Shown here: one piece after another, positions 1 to 11,225 of the stretch
Numbering within the stretch: the stretch's first letter is position 1
How the letters are laid out: every line of letters starts with the position of its first letter
Source of the DNA: Paragordius varius
Lineage: Eukaryota > Animalia > Nematomorpha
Length of the DNA: 64,000 nucleotides
Direction of reading: 5' to 3'
Assembly: GCA_964247055.1 (NCBI GenBank)
Contig: OZ176051.1
Span: forward strand, 8,184,001-8,248,000
Made by a program: the position numbers and the translations under genes
The notes under the pieces: generated by a model
Told to the model about the DNA's origin: nothing
Seen by the model: the letters and a program-made list of their open reading frames with translations, nothing else
Databases searched by the model: none

Positions 1-1707
1 TTGATTGTTGAAACCTTAAAATAATATATAGTTGATTGGAAGTATTTCACGAAAATCGGTGCAAAAATGAAAAATACATGGTTGACCAAGAATGACTTAA
101 TATTATTGAATGATATAATAATTATGAATTATTATTAAAAAGACTCCAATATTCAAAATAAGATATTTTGATTTTTTTTTATTGAAGCAAAGCTCCGCCA
201 CCGCATGCACTCCGCGTATAGTGTGTTGTCCACCCCTCTGGTGAATTTACGTAGATATATATTCATATAAATTTTATAAAACAAATATGCGAAAAATACT
301 ATATTTGATTACCGAAAATATATTTTGCTATAATTCAAGTTATTAAAAAAAGTGCGACTACATTAATGACTAATATTTCAGTTTTTTGGAAAAAATCTTT
401 GAGATCACCGTCAATATTACATTTTAATTAGATGCTAAGTAGCAATTATTGTTGCGTTATATACACTATGCAGTTAATATATTTTTACTTAGCAAGTGGT
501 TTAATTAATAAATCAAATTAATAATTGATTTTCAATTGTGAGGTCATAAGATTCTCAATATAAATGAAAAAAACTCATTCATGGCATCAAACATGTTGAT
601 TTTAAAATTTTATTAATATAATAAAATGGGCAATAATAGATTACCGATGTGGCTAAATGCAAAAGATATGGAATTTAACCAAATTTTATTAATATTACAG
701 TAATAATACATTACTACAATTACTTGATTAAAGTAAAAAATTTTAATTATTAATTCCTCGGCGCACTTTTGAATCTTATTCCTTTTTAGGCCTTTATCTC
801 ATAAATAAATGGTACCAACCTTTTCTCGTTCTGGAAGAAATATGGCCCTTCTCCAAAGAACAATTTAAAAATGAGAAATTTATAATAATCAATGAGATCC
901 CTGTATCTGCAATTGTTGATATATTAATATTACATTATTACAATTAATTAATTTAAGTACATAGTTCTAATTTTAATTCCCTCCTTGTGTCACTTTTGGA
1001 TACTTAAGCCCCTTATTCATCTTATAGATATATGCGTCCAACCCTTTCGTTTTATGTATAAAAAGTACACAACAAATAGTTATACTGTTGGTTATATGAT
1101 TTTAAATTGTTAATAAGGTATATTATGTTGTGTGGGATTAAATATGGTTTCTCGTTTTCTTATGCAAATTATATATATTAACAATTCGATAAATTCCAAA
1201 CCATAGGTGGTTACTAGATCGTAAATTAATGAACACTTGATATTAAATTGATATCTTTTTTTGCAAAAATAAATAATTTGTCTTTTTTATGAATGTTATA
1301 GTGCTCCTCTAAATTAGGGTCATGCAATTTGTTTTGTTCTGATAATTTAATTTTTTGTATAAAAAATTGGTTTTGCTCATGATGCCGAGATAGGACCATT
1401 AAAATATAATATATAGCACAGAAATATTAAGTCATTTTATCGTCAATAGAGTATTGTGATGATTTTAAGGAAAATAAAGGTGTTTTAATTAGAATTAATT
1501 GTTTTGGCTTTAGGATAAATTTTTAGATAATTAACAACCATTTTACTTACTAATAACAAAATCGATAAATGGGAGAGTAAAATTGGAACACATTACTAAT
1601 TAATTCGAAAATATCAAGATATATTTCACTAACTTGCCCTTTATATATTTACGTGATTTTTATATCCAATTTGGAACCTAAAAATTTTTCCATTCAAACA
1701 AGCACAC

Positions 1708-3084
1708 ATGGAACCCATAAACTCTGCAAGTACGACTCTTTTGTACCGGCATCATAATGAAACAAATAACAGTATTTTACCTTTTTGCGATGACGTAAGC
1801 ACTTACACTCCACTGTCACATTTCCTTTTCAATTACCTTATACCGCTGATAATTGTTTTGGGAATTTTTGGAAATCTTTTTGGTCTTTTTATCAATGTAA
1901 GAATTTATGGTGGGGGAACATACAGTTCTGGGTGCATGCGCCGCACATTAAACGCCATATTTGGGCTAAAACAACTGCCTACAACCCTAAGAAACAATCA
2001 TCAAAATATGGGGCATGGCCAAACTTCTCGGCATTCGTTAACTAAACGAGCAGATTACGTTTTAGTTAAAGCAATGTATAGCGTAAACTTGATAAGCACA
2101 CTACTTATGTTAATATGGCCCGTTATAGATCACAATATGGCTGAAACGTTTCAACTTAAGTTTAATTGGAGGTGGAATGTCTACATTGTTCATTACCATG
2201 TGACTATCTTTAAAACTTTTTTAATCTACAGTTTTTTGATAACTTTCTTGTTTTCCCTCGATAATTTTTTGGCTGTTATGAAACCTTACATATACAAACG
2301 AATCAGTAATAATAAGATGGCCCGATATTCACTTCTCGCCTGCCTTTTTTATGCAATCATATGGAGTATTCCAATATCCCAATGGTATTCATTGAATAGC
2401 GTTAAATGTTGGTCAACAAACATAAATTCACACACAAATTCTAACATAGTACTTACAAAATATGAAAGAATTGAGCGTACTTACAACAAACGTCAAGCAA
2501 TTTTATGGACCTTTTATCAAATCGCAAGGGAGTTTGCTGCAAAATTTATCCCTTTTATCGCACTGTTTACCATGCAAATTTTAAACATGAAGCGTAGAGC
2601 CACAGTTGCAAGTAATACTTTAAAATATGTCTTTTCCACGAGCAATAGCGCAAATATAGCTGAAAGTCCCGCCAAAGTCGAATGCAAAAATTTTACCTTT
2701 AGCCCAAGAGTCAAATGTGAAAAGCCAAATGATAAATCTTCATATGTTACGCAGAACACAAAAAACAATTATTTAGAAAAGCGGCGATTAGAAATTCAAA
2801 AAAATCGGATTTTCAGGATACTATTTTTGGTACAATTTGTTTTGTTCATGTTACCAAGCGGTTTATTTCACCTTATATTAGCATTGACAGATAAAAAATA
2901 TGTGTCCCAAAAATTTATTCAAAATGGATGGACCATTTCCTATATGCTGGAGTGTGGATATGTGTGCATTACATTCTACCTCAATATCATATTCAATAAG
3001 GGTTATCGAATGTATGTTATTGGAGTATTGAAACCGATATGGAATAATTTAGCATGCAGATTTAAGGGGCAAGGAAACGTTTAA
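1708..3084 (+). CDS. Intronless class A (rhodopsin-like) 7TM GPCR, peptide-receptor/chemoreceptor-like, 458 aa
   Basis: ATG-to-TAA ORF with seven hydrophobic segments. TM1 has PLIIVLGIFGN, TM3 ends SLDNFLAVMKP (DRY region), TM4 has WSIP, an ECL2 Cys is present, TM5 has KFIPF, TM6 has LFMLP, and TM7 is followed by a helix-8-like FNKGYR. Confidence 0.88.
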   Translation: MEPINSASTTLLYRHHNETNNSILPFCDDVSTYTPLSHFLFNYLIPLIIVLGIFGNLFGLFINVRIYGGGTYSSGCMRRTLNAIFGLKQLPTTLRNNHQNMGHGQTSRHSLTKRADYVLVKAMYSVNLISTLLMLIWPVIDHNMAETFQLKFNWRWNVYIVHYHVTIFKTFLIYSFLITFLFSLDNFLAVMKPYIYKRISNNKMARYSLLACLFYAIIWSIPISQWYSLNSVKCWSTNINSHTNSNIVLTKYERIERTYNKRQAILWTFYQIAREFAAKFIPFIALFTMQILNMKRRATVASNTLKYVFSTSNSANIAESPAKVECKNFTFSPRVKCEKPNDKSSYVTQNTKNNYLEKRRLEIQKNRIFRILFLVQFVLFMLPSGLFHLILALTDKKYVSQKFIQNGWTISYMLECGYVCITFYLNIIFNKGYRMYVIGVLKPIWNNLACRFKGQGNV

Positions 3085-3488
3085 ATGTGTCCCAAGCTAT
3101 ATATATCCACACTTTGAATTTATGATTTAACAAAGGTGCCACAAAAGAATTTTTGGTTTATATCATAATTTTGTCTTCAGACATCAAAAGAATGTATTGA
3201 TATATAATTTATCATGCTCATCATAAGTAAATTATATATAAGGAACACATAATGTAAACCAGGAAGGTAACTGATAAAAATTTTTTTATTTGGCAATTAA
3301 ATAAATATATGTAATATAAGTACACGTTGGTGTATTTGCATTATATATATATATATATACATATATATATTAGTTAAAAGGCGCTTGAGTTATGTGTAAA
3401 AAGGAAAAATAGGTAAATGATTCATTTCTACCCAAAAATATATAATCATAGGATACTACGTCACGAAGCTGCCTGTTACAGTATGAGT

Positions 3489-3657
3489 AAGTATATTGCT
3501 AGAAAGTTATTAATTATTGCCAAATAGCATATGCAGCAAGGAGAATTATTATTGGCTAATAATAGTAAAAAGTCAAATTAACTATAAGCCAATAATACCG
3601 TCTTTTTTTGTATATGCTATTTGGCAATGATTAATAACTTTCTAGCAATGTATATTT
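3489..3657. repeat. ~170 bp hairpin (MITE-like inverted repeat)
   Basis: Left arm gtatattgctagaaagttattaattattgccaaatagcata is the reverse complement (few mismatches) of the right arm tatgctatttggcaatgattaataactttctagcaatgtatat. Confidence 0.75.
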
Positions 3658-4596
3658 ATTTATAGTAACTAAAAATGATTCCCATAGCACTTTTCAAATG
3701 GTAATTCTATTGATCAGTTAAATCATTAAAACATTATGTAATATGATCGATAATAATAATCATTGATATATGATTAATAGAAAAGAAGATAAAATGTTTT
3801 TTGATATCTTACATACATTGGAAATATTATAGAGAGCAATTTAGGGCACAACATATTTAAGTTTTGGATAGTGAGAATAGCTTTCAGAATCTGTTTGGAG
3901 CGATTAATATAAGGTAAATAAAAAGAGGAAGTTTTTTTGTGTTTTTAGAATATACGCAATCATGCGGTATGTTAAATAATTTAGTTTTAATCTTTTTTAA
4001 AAGTTTAGACTTTAAAGAAATATTTGAAAAAGATTTTTTGTTAACTAACGAATAATTTGATCACTCATAAAAATTATTATTAAAAAAGCAATAAAGGAAA
4101 ACACCTTTATAATACGTTTCGGTATTACTTAACACTTCATTTTTGGGTGGTTGTATACCTCAGCGCGATTTTAATTTAAATATATTAAATAGATTTAATA
4201 TTGGGCAAAATTAAAAATAGCATTTTATCACGTTTTAAGCGCATTATACCAAACAATTTATAAAAATTGTTAAACTTGGATAAAAAATTTCATCCTAGTT
4301 GTATTGTTGCCAAAATAAAATTTTATATTCTATGTTAAAATGGTAAAAATAGTCATATATAAACATTTTATGGAAATTATTTGATTTTGCTCCAGATGAC
4401 ATTACACCAAATATTTTGATAGATATCGATTTTAAAATCAGCTTGTTTCAATTGGTTTGCACTGTACCTAATTTAAGATTATAACTACCAAACTATAATA
4501 ACTAAAATATTTTGGCAAAAACACCAAATATTAATTTCACAAAATTAGAGTTAAAAAATTATCATAACTTCTTTATATAAATTAAAAGGTAAGTTA

Positions 4597-5841
4597 TACC
4601 ATTTCCCAATCAAAAAAACATTTTCCCAGTCAATCGAATCGATTGTCCCTTTAATCTAAAACGTCCCAGTAAATTAAAAAATTTTCCCAGTCAATAAAAA
4701 CGGTTTTATTTTTGATGATAAATATCAAATATAAAAATAAATTTTCCATTATCAGCGTAATATTAGGATATAGTTTTTATAAAATTATAAAAACACAATT
4801 ATTGAATGACTTTTCCTATATAATCCAATACTCCAATCATTCATGACTCATTCTTTAAAAGCTATATTTTATGTTACAATATTTAATAGTTTTTTATTTT
4901 AATGATGGTTCGCATTAATAATAATCGGGACTAACCTTTAAATCCATAGTTGAAATAATAAAATTTAAAAAAATATACCATTTTCATCTCAAATTGGTCA
5001 TTACTTAAATTGGTTTTTAAACAGGTCAAGTTTGTCGATAATACTGTCGGAAAAAAACAACTAAACAAAAAATATTTTTTAGATAAAAGTGTTTTTTACT
5101 CAAAAATATATAAAAAGGGATTTTTGACTAAAACAAGGGTGTCCAACACAAATGTCTTTGCGTCCGCATTTAAAACAATGGGCATTCATATATTTGTTCG
5201 ATTTTAGACATAAGAGTGTAAAATTCAAATACTATTTAACAATTATTTCCAGTTCGCTGCCAATTCAATAGACTCATTCAAAAAAATTGCGTAGGGCAAA
5301 TTTTGCAAATTATGGATATCCGAATTTTTCGCCGGCCGCACAAAAAATCTCAGAGGGCCGCGTTTTGGCCACCCCGGGATCGAAAGATAAATATAATATA
5401 TAAATTGGGGTAAAATTGCAGTTTTTCGAAATCCAATTTGAACTGTTAAATAATCGATTTGCGATATTTTTATTTTTATTATTTCATCCGTAATTATAGA
5501 TTCTATGATAGCCCCGAATATTAATGCGAACCATCGATAAAATAATTTATATTTTCTTAAAAATATCTTAAATTCCATAACATACTAATCCAGTAATAAA
5601 ATATAGCTTTTAAAGAAAAAGTCATAAATGATTGGGTATTGGAATATATGGGAAAAAATATTTTATAATAGTTGTGTTTTTATAAAAAATAATATCCTAA
5701 TATTACCCTCATAATGATTAAAAGTTATTTTTATATATTTTGATATTTAGCATCAAAAATACAACCTTTTCATTGACAGAGAAAACGTTTCAATTGTCTG
5801 GGAAATCATTTCCATTGACTGGGAAGTTTTTTTGACTGAAA
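4597..5841. mobile_element. Non-autonomous TIR element (TACCATTT terminus, ttcccagtcaat sub-repeats); right end cut at the Helitron insertion
   Basis: ttcccagtcaat repeats at 4600-4695 are mirrored by attgactgggaa repeats at 5770-5835. Confidence 0.5.
5134..5377 (+). mobile_element. hAT-like MITE, family G copy 1
   Basis: Termini caagggtgtccaac...ttggccaccccgg resemble CAGGGGTGTCCAA-type hAT TIRs; homologous copies at 32705 and 60038. Confidence 0.65.
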
Positions 5842-7887
5842 TCTATATATTTATAAAAATGGAAAGTGGTGGCTTTGTGATCTGTTTCCGGAAAACCGGT
5901 GGACCCATTCGAATCCAAATATTGAAAAAATATAATCATTAATAAATGCCCCGACAATATTAGGCCCCCAGTTCGGGCTCACCCTGTGTAAAAAACGGGT
6001 TTTTTTGAAAACAGAAGTCCACAAAAATCGTGTCTTTGAGACAATTTTCCGGAAAACGTGTTGAACCATTCAATTTCAAATATGAATTTTGTTCACTTAT
6101 TTTCTTGCGCCGAACATAGTCGGCTAGCTTTTTTAATTTAGGCCCTCTTTTTACCCGCTTCCCCAGTAAAATGCCATTTTTTTCAAAAAAAACCAAGTCC
6201 ATAAAAATAGTTTTTTGAATCTATTTTTCGCCCAAGGTCTGAGACCGTAAAAATATAATAATGATTTTAGGTATCCCCTGTTAAAAGTCAAAAATTTTAG
6301 TCGTGCGTTTTTTATATTGGTTGCTGGGTAAGGAGATACCAGCTAAAAACTGCCCCGTCATATTGAAATAGCGTGCCTTTGGGGCTAAATTTTTCAGAAA
6401 ACCTATCAGAGCATATGAGTTCTATAGGTGCTTAAAATAATACCCGTAACAAGGCAAAAATTAGGTGGTACGGTTTTTTAAAATTAGCCGTTTATTAGGT
6501 TCTTCATGCTTTGAAAAATGCGCCACCATGAATGATTTTTTAGGTTTGATCGAATTTTTCCAAAAACAAATGAGAGCATATGGGATCAATCATTATTCCA
6601 GGTATTCTCCGTAAAAAGGCAAAAATTTTAATCAAGCGCTTTTTTGTATCAGCCTCTGGGTAGGGAGCTAACCGCCTAAAACTGCGTCCCATATCGAAAT
6701 TCCGTTGTTTAGGAGTTTATTTTTCAGATAACTTATCAGGCAAGTTTAATAAGGGCCTGAAATATAACTCGTAAAAAGGCAAAAATTTAAGTAGAGCGGG
6801 ATTTAATAAATTACCCCTTAATTAGGCCCTTGCCCTGAAAAATGCGCCACCATAGAATGACTTTTTGGTTTTGAGTTTTCGAAAATCCTACGAGAGCATA
6901 TGGAATCAATCATGATTCCAGGTATTACCCGAATTAAGGCAAAAATAATCGAGTGTTTTTTTGCTTCGCCCCTGGTTAGGGGGCTATCCGCGTAATGCGT
7001 CACCATCAAATTTCAGAAAACCTATGAGTCTAATAGGAACATATGAAAAATATGATAATTCCAGATATTCCTCCTATAAAGGCAAAAATTTTGATCAACG
7101 CTTTTTTTATACCTGCCCCTGAATAAATGTCCGTCAAAAGCTGCCCCATTATATGGAAATTGCGTTGTTTTGAAGCTAATTTACGGAAAGTTTATGAAGC
7201 CATATGAGCTCATCAATTGAAATATTACCCGTCATTAGGTAAAAAAGGTCAGGCGTTTTTATTAGCCGTTAATTTGGGGCCTTTGTGCCCTAAAAATAGG
7301 CCAACACATAACGATTATAGTGTTGAGATCGAATAAGCCATGAGACGATGGTATCAATGATGATTCGAAATATTTGACCAATAAAGGCAAAGAATTTAAC
7401 TCAGCGCTTTTTCCATATAGGATGGCTAGATGTCTACCTGTTTAAAACTGAGACGCCATACAAAAATGGCCTGGTTTTGGAGCTAATTTTCAAAAAATAA
7501 GAAGCCATACGAGTTCAGTTATACACATTTCTGAGGAATATGTATAATATCATTCTTTCATTTAAAAGGGACCACAAATGATTTACTATTTATATCCCTT
7601 GATCCCAGCTTTGTGAACACAATGTCATATAAAACTTTTAACCATGATTTTGTAAAACGAAAATCTAAAATAAATCCAATGATAATCGAATTTTAACCTT
7701 AATAAGGGACAGTTTGAATATGGTCAATTTTGAGTAAACAATATTTGAGCCTATGCAAAAACCCGTAAGATTAATTAAAGACATTCTTTTAATTATTTTT
7801 TCATCTCCATTACCTCTATTTATTGCAAATTAATAAGAATAATTATCAGTGAGACTACGTCACAGCGAAGCGTGACACGCCAGCTAG
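5842..7887 (+). mobile_element. Complete non-autonomous Helitron (~2.05 kb) with internal tandem array
   Basis: 5' A|TCTATATATTTATAAAAATG. The 3' end has a gtcac-a-gcGAAgc-gtgac hairpin followed by CTAG|T (CTAG 7884-7887). Inserted between A and T with no TSD; second copy at 63461. Confidence 0.85.
6270..7480 (+). repeat. Degenerate tandem array (~160-170 bp units in two alternating types) inside the Helitron
   Basis: aaggcaaaaatt anchor recurs at about 6282, 6452, 6617, 6776, 6937, 7079, 7238 and 7384; alternate units resemble each other more than neighbours. Confidence 0.75.
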
Positions 7888-8189
7888 TATTATATAAAAG
7901 ATGTAAATATAACAATACATTTTCTGCATATTCAACTAAAACTTAAGAATTCAATTCAATTTTTTTTTACAAAAGAACCATATTTTGAAAATTTTCTAAA
8001 TTATATGTTTATTGAATAAATTAATGGTAGCGGCATATTTAAAATTTTTTTATTATAAAAAAGGCAAGATATATCTGGGAATTATTTTCTATCATACTGT
8101 GCGATCAAAGAAAAACGAAATCGTCTCTGATAAATGATGGTTAAAATTTTATTCTCCGACCTTAGTTTTTTTAAAGTAACATCAATTAA

Positions 8190-8528
8190 AACTCTTTTGG
8201 AAAATCATAATAATTTTGAAGATAGCATCTATCGTAAATATCCCTTTTAAAATCGTTCCCATATCAAAACAAAAAAATTATCATTGAGATAAAAAATACG
8301 ATTTTCCCCACTCTTTTATACAATAATTTTAAGTGAAGGGTTAGTTGTTAGTTTATTTTCATTTTTTGCCAAAGATTTCCGACGCCCTTCCCCAACACTC
8401 CTTTTACTTTTTTGATGAATATGATATGGTTAATACCATAGAGCTCTTGTTTTTCCATTCTACTAAATATTTTTACCCATTAAACGAAAAAAAGTATTTT
8501 TTTGATAAATTAAAGGATACATGACTGT
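8190..8528. mobile_element. Family C MITE fragment (TA|CAGTCATG terminus)
   Basis: Ends ggatacatgactg|ta; homologous to 31600-32180 and 54612-54843. Confidence 0.65.
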
Positions 8529-8624
8529 AAGACAAGTTTTATTCCAATATGATGCAATTTTCCTAATACCCCCAACTTCTCTACAATTACTAAATTATTT
8601 TGAGACCCTTTTTTTCGGATTAAA

Positions 8625-8780
8625 CTAATATTTTGAAATTTATTAAAAATTTAGCTGAAATGCATATTAAAAATATAAATTTTAATTTGTATTTTTTCGA
8701 TAGAGTATAAAAGTCCAAAATTAAATTTTTTTTATAAGATACGCATTTCAGCTTAATTTTTAATAAATTTCATAATATAT
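8625..8780. repeat. Imperfect hairpin element
   Basis: tgaaatttattaaaaatttagctgaaatgc mirrored by gcatttcagcttaatttttaataaatttca. Confidence 0.6.
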
Positions 8781-9223
8781 AATGCGTAATTCTCTCAATT
8801 TTGCTATGAAACTAATATTTATCGCCGCAAAATAAAGAATACTGCGGCCTTTTTGCCTTGCGCATAAGGAATTTTTGAATTCTAATAAATTTATAAAATA
8901 ATATATTAGCCCGATTTTATTTGGGTCATTATAGGCTTCTTTACAAAATTATGTAGCATTTAATAGTCGAAACAGAAATTTATATTAATCGAAGAGCAAC
9001 CATTCATAAAAATTAATATTGGAATTATTTAAATTAAGCAATAATTGAATTTATTTAAAGCATGAATTTTCGATTACCACAAATTTGTCAAATCCAAAAA
9101 TATAATTAAAATATTAGCTAAAAATATAAAATCGGATTTAAATAACGGTCCCCGAAAATCGTGTAAAAGAATTATTTTACAAATACTCTAGGTCTAGATG
9201 CACAAAAAATATGTTAAAATATA

Positions 9224-9528
9224 TACCATTTACAATTCAAATTCACCCTTGAATAATTCAAATTCACCCTTAAACAAATCATATTCACCTTTGAACAATT
9301 CGAATTCCCCCTCATATAAATTGTGTTTTTTTTTAAAAAAATAGCTATATTTTAATATATTTTTAAAAAATAAAATTATGTTTAAAATTAAAATAATACT
9401 GAAAAAATAAATAAACTATGCTATAAAGATATTCATATTAAGAGAATGAGTTATATTATTTCGAAAACATAATTGTTTTTTAGGGTAAATTTTAATTTTT
9501 AAAGGGTGAATTTGAACCGTAAATGGTA
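9224..9528. mobile_element. Family B MITE copy 1 (TACCATTTAC TIR, 21-bp subterminal repeats, TA flanks)
   Basis: taccatttacaattcaaattcaccc ... gggtgaatttgaaccgtaaatggta; other copies at 34930, 38410, 41332 and 56776. Confidence 0.8.
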
Positions 9529-9534
9529 TATATA

Positions 9535-10690
9535 TTCTAATACGAAAATGTATCAGGATTATCATGGTTCTTTTGGTTTTGGCTCTGAGAAAGTTATTTA
9601 CACTTTTGTGGTAAATGCTCCACATCAGAAAATGGCAAAGTTTGAGCATATTTATTGAAATAATTTTTTTTGATGAAAGATAAATGCTTCATTCCAAAAA
9701 TCAGTAAAATATATCATAAACTACCCATAAAAAGCAAAAAATTTTTTTTATGATATTTTAACTTTTAGATGTGGGCTCCCAAAGGCCCAAATTTTTTTGA
9801 TCTTATAAAATTGACTAGCTTTTTCAAAATGAAGGCAAAAAGCGAGAATTCAAAAAAATGGTTAAGCATATACTAAATTTTGACAACAAAAAAAATTTTT
9901 TAAAAATGCATACTTTACAAAAAATTAATTTTTAGCGAAATTTAATAGAAGCATACTTCATACTATTTTTATGCATGATGGTAACGGTATAAAAACGCCT
10001 TAAAATATTCTAAAACACTTTTTCTGATAATTCCATGTTGCTGAACATTTCTATCACTTAGAATTTTGATTAAAATATTCGTTCGTTCGCGTTCAAATTT
10101 ATGTCAAATCTAAATTGTTTGTTTTTTTTAATAAAAATTCACTTTTATAACCGACCCTTTAATAAAACTCTGAAGCGATATAAATATAAGCATCATTATA
10201 TAGAAAAGCTGTTTTTATAATGTCTAAAACGGTTTTTTTACCATTTTCATCATAGCTAAAAATAGTATGAATTACGCTTTTACAAAATTCTACTAAAAAT
10301 TAAATTTTTGTGAAATGAATGCATTTTTTGATATTATTTTTTTAATGGCAAAATTTAGTATATATTAAGAAATTTATCGCGCAATCCCAGCATTTTTGCG
10401 TTTAAGAAATTAACCCATTTTATAAGACCAAAAAAATTTTGGACTTTGGGAGCCCACATCTAAAATTTAAAATATTATAAAAATATTGTTTTCTTAGTTT
10501 ATAATATATTTTAGTGATATTTTTTGGAATGAAACATTTAGCTTTTACCAATTTATTACACAAAATGTGCTCAAATGTTGCCATTTTTTCATATGGAGCA
10601 CTTTCCACAAAAGTTAAAAAAAACTTTTTTATATCGCTCGTATGGGTCAAAACAAGAACCATGATAATCTTTATACGTTTTCCTACAGAA
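9535..10690. mobile_element. Family D foldback element (~1.15 kb, long inverted arms) copy 1
   Basis: Arms pair over about 500 bp (e.g. tagatgtgggctcccaaag vs ctttgggagcccacatcta); second copy 19607-20700. Confidence 0.75.
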
Positions 10691-10703
10691 TATATATATC
10701 ATT

Positions 10704-10966
10704 CAGAGACGTAGCTTGCATTTCTAGCGCCCGGTCAGTGCATGAATCCGTAAAGGACACCCCTCCACGCAAACCTTTGCATTTTAAAAAGATAATCAAA
10801 TTTAAACCGTAGTCATGAGTAATCATAAATGGGTAATTTATTTATGATTTATTTAAAATAAAAATTAAAACCTATATTATTAAAATAATATTGAAAATTT
10901 TTATAATCCACCCCTTCAACTATGGCCCCCGATGCATCAGCATCCTCCCCCCTAAATACGCCTCTG
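10704..10966. mobile_element. hAT-like MITE (CAGAGRCGTA termini)
   Basis: cagagacgtagc ... aaatacgcctctg terminal inverted repeats; no clear TSD. Confidence 0.5.
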
Positions 10967-11225
10967 AATTTATCAGGTTATTTTTTATATATCCCCCCTT
11001 CCTGATTTTTGACGTAGTTAACATGGGTGTCATTTTTGTAGAATCTTACACCACTAGCCTAAGAAAGTTAGCCATAAACTTAAAATTTCTCATAATTTAA
11101 TGGATTAAATTGACGAAAGCTCACATAGAGGTATAAATGGAATTACCTTATCATTTGTTTAGCTTGGAGTATTATTATTATTTTACATAAATATATTATT
11201 TAACAAATATTATATTTGGTATATA

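Noticed and set aside
690-1060. ~230-bp imperfect tandem duplication upstream of the GPCR
   Set aside because: Only two diverged units with no termini or coding signal; nothing further can be supported.
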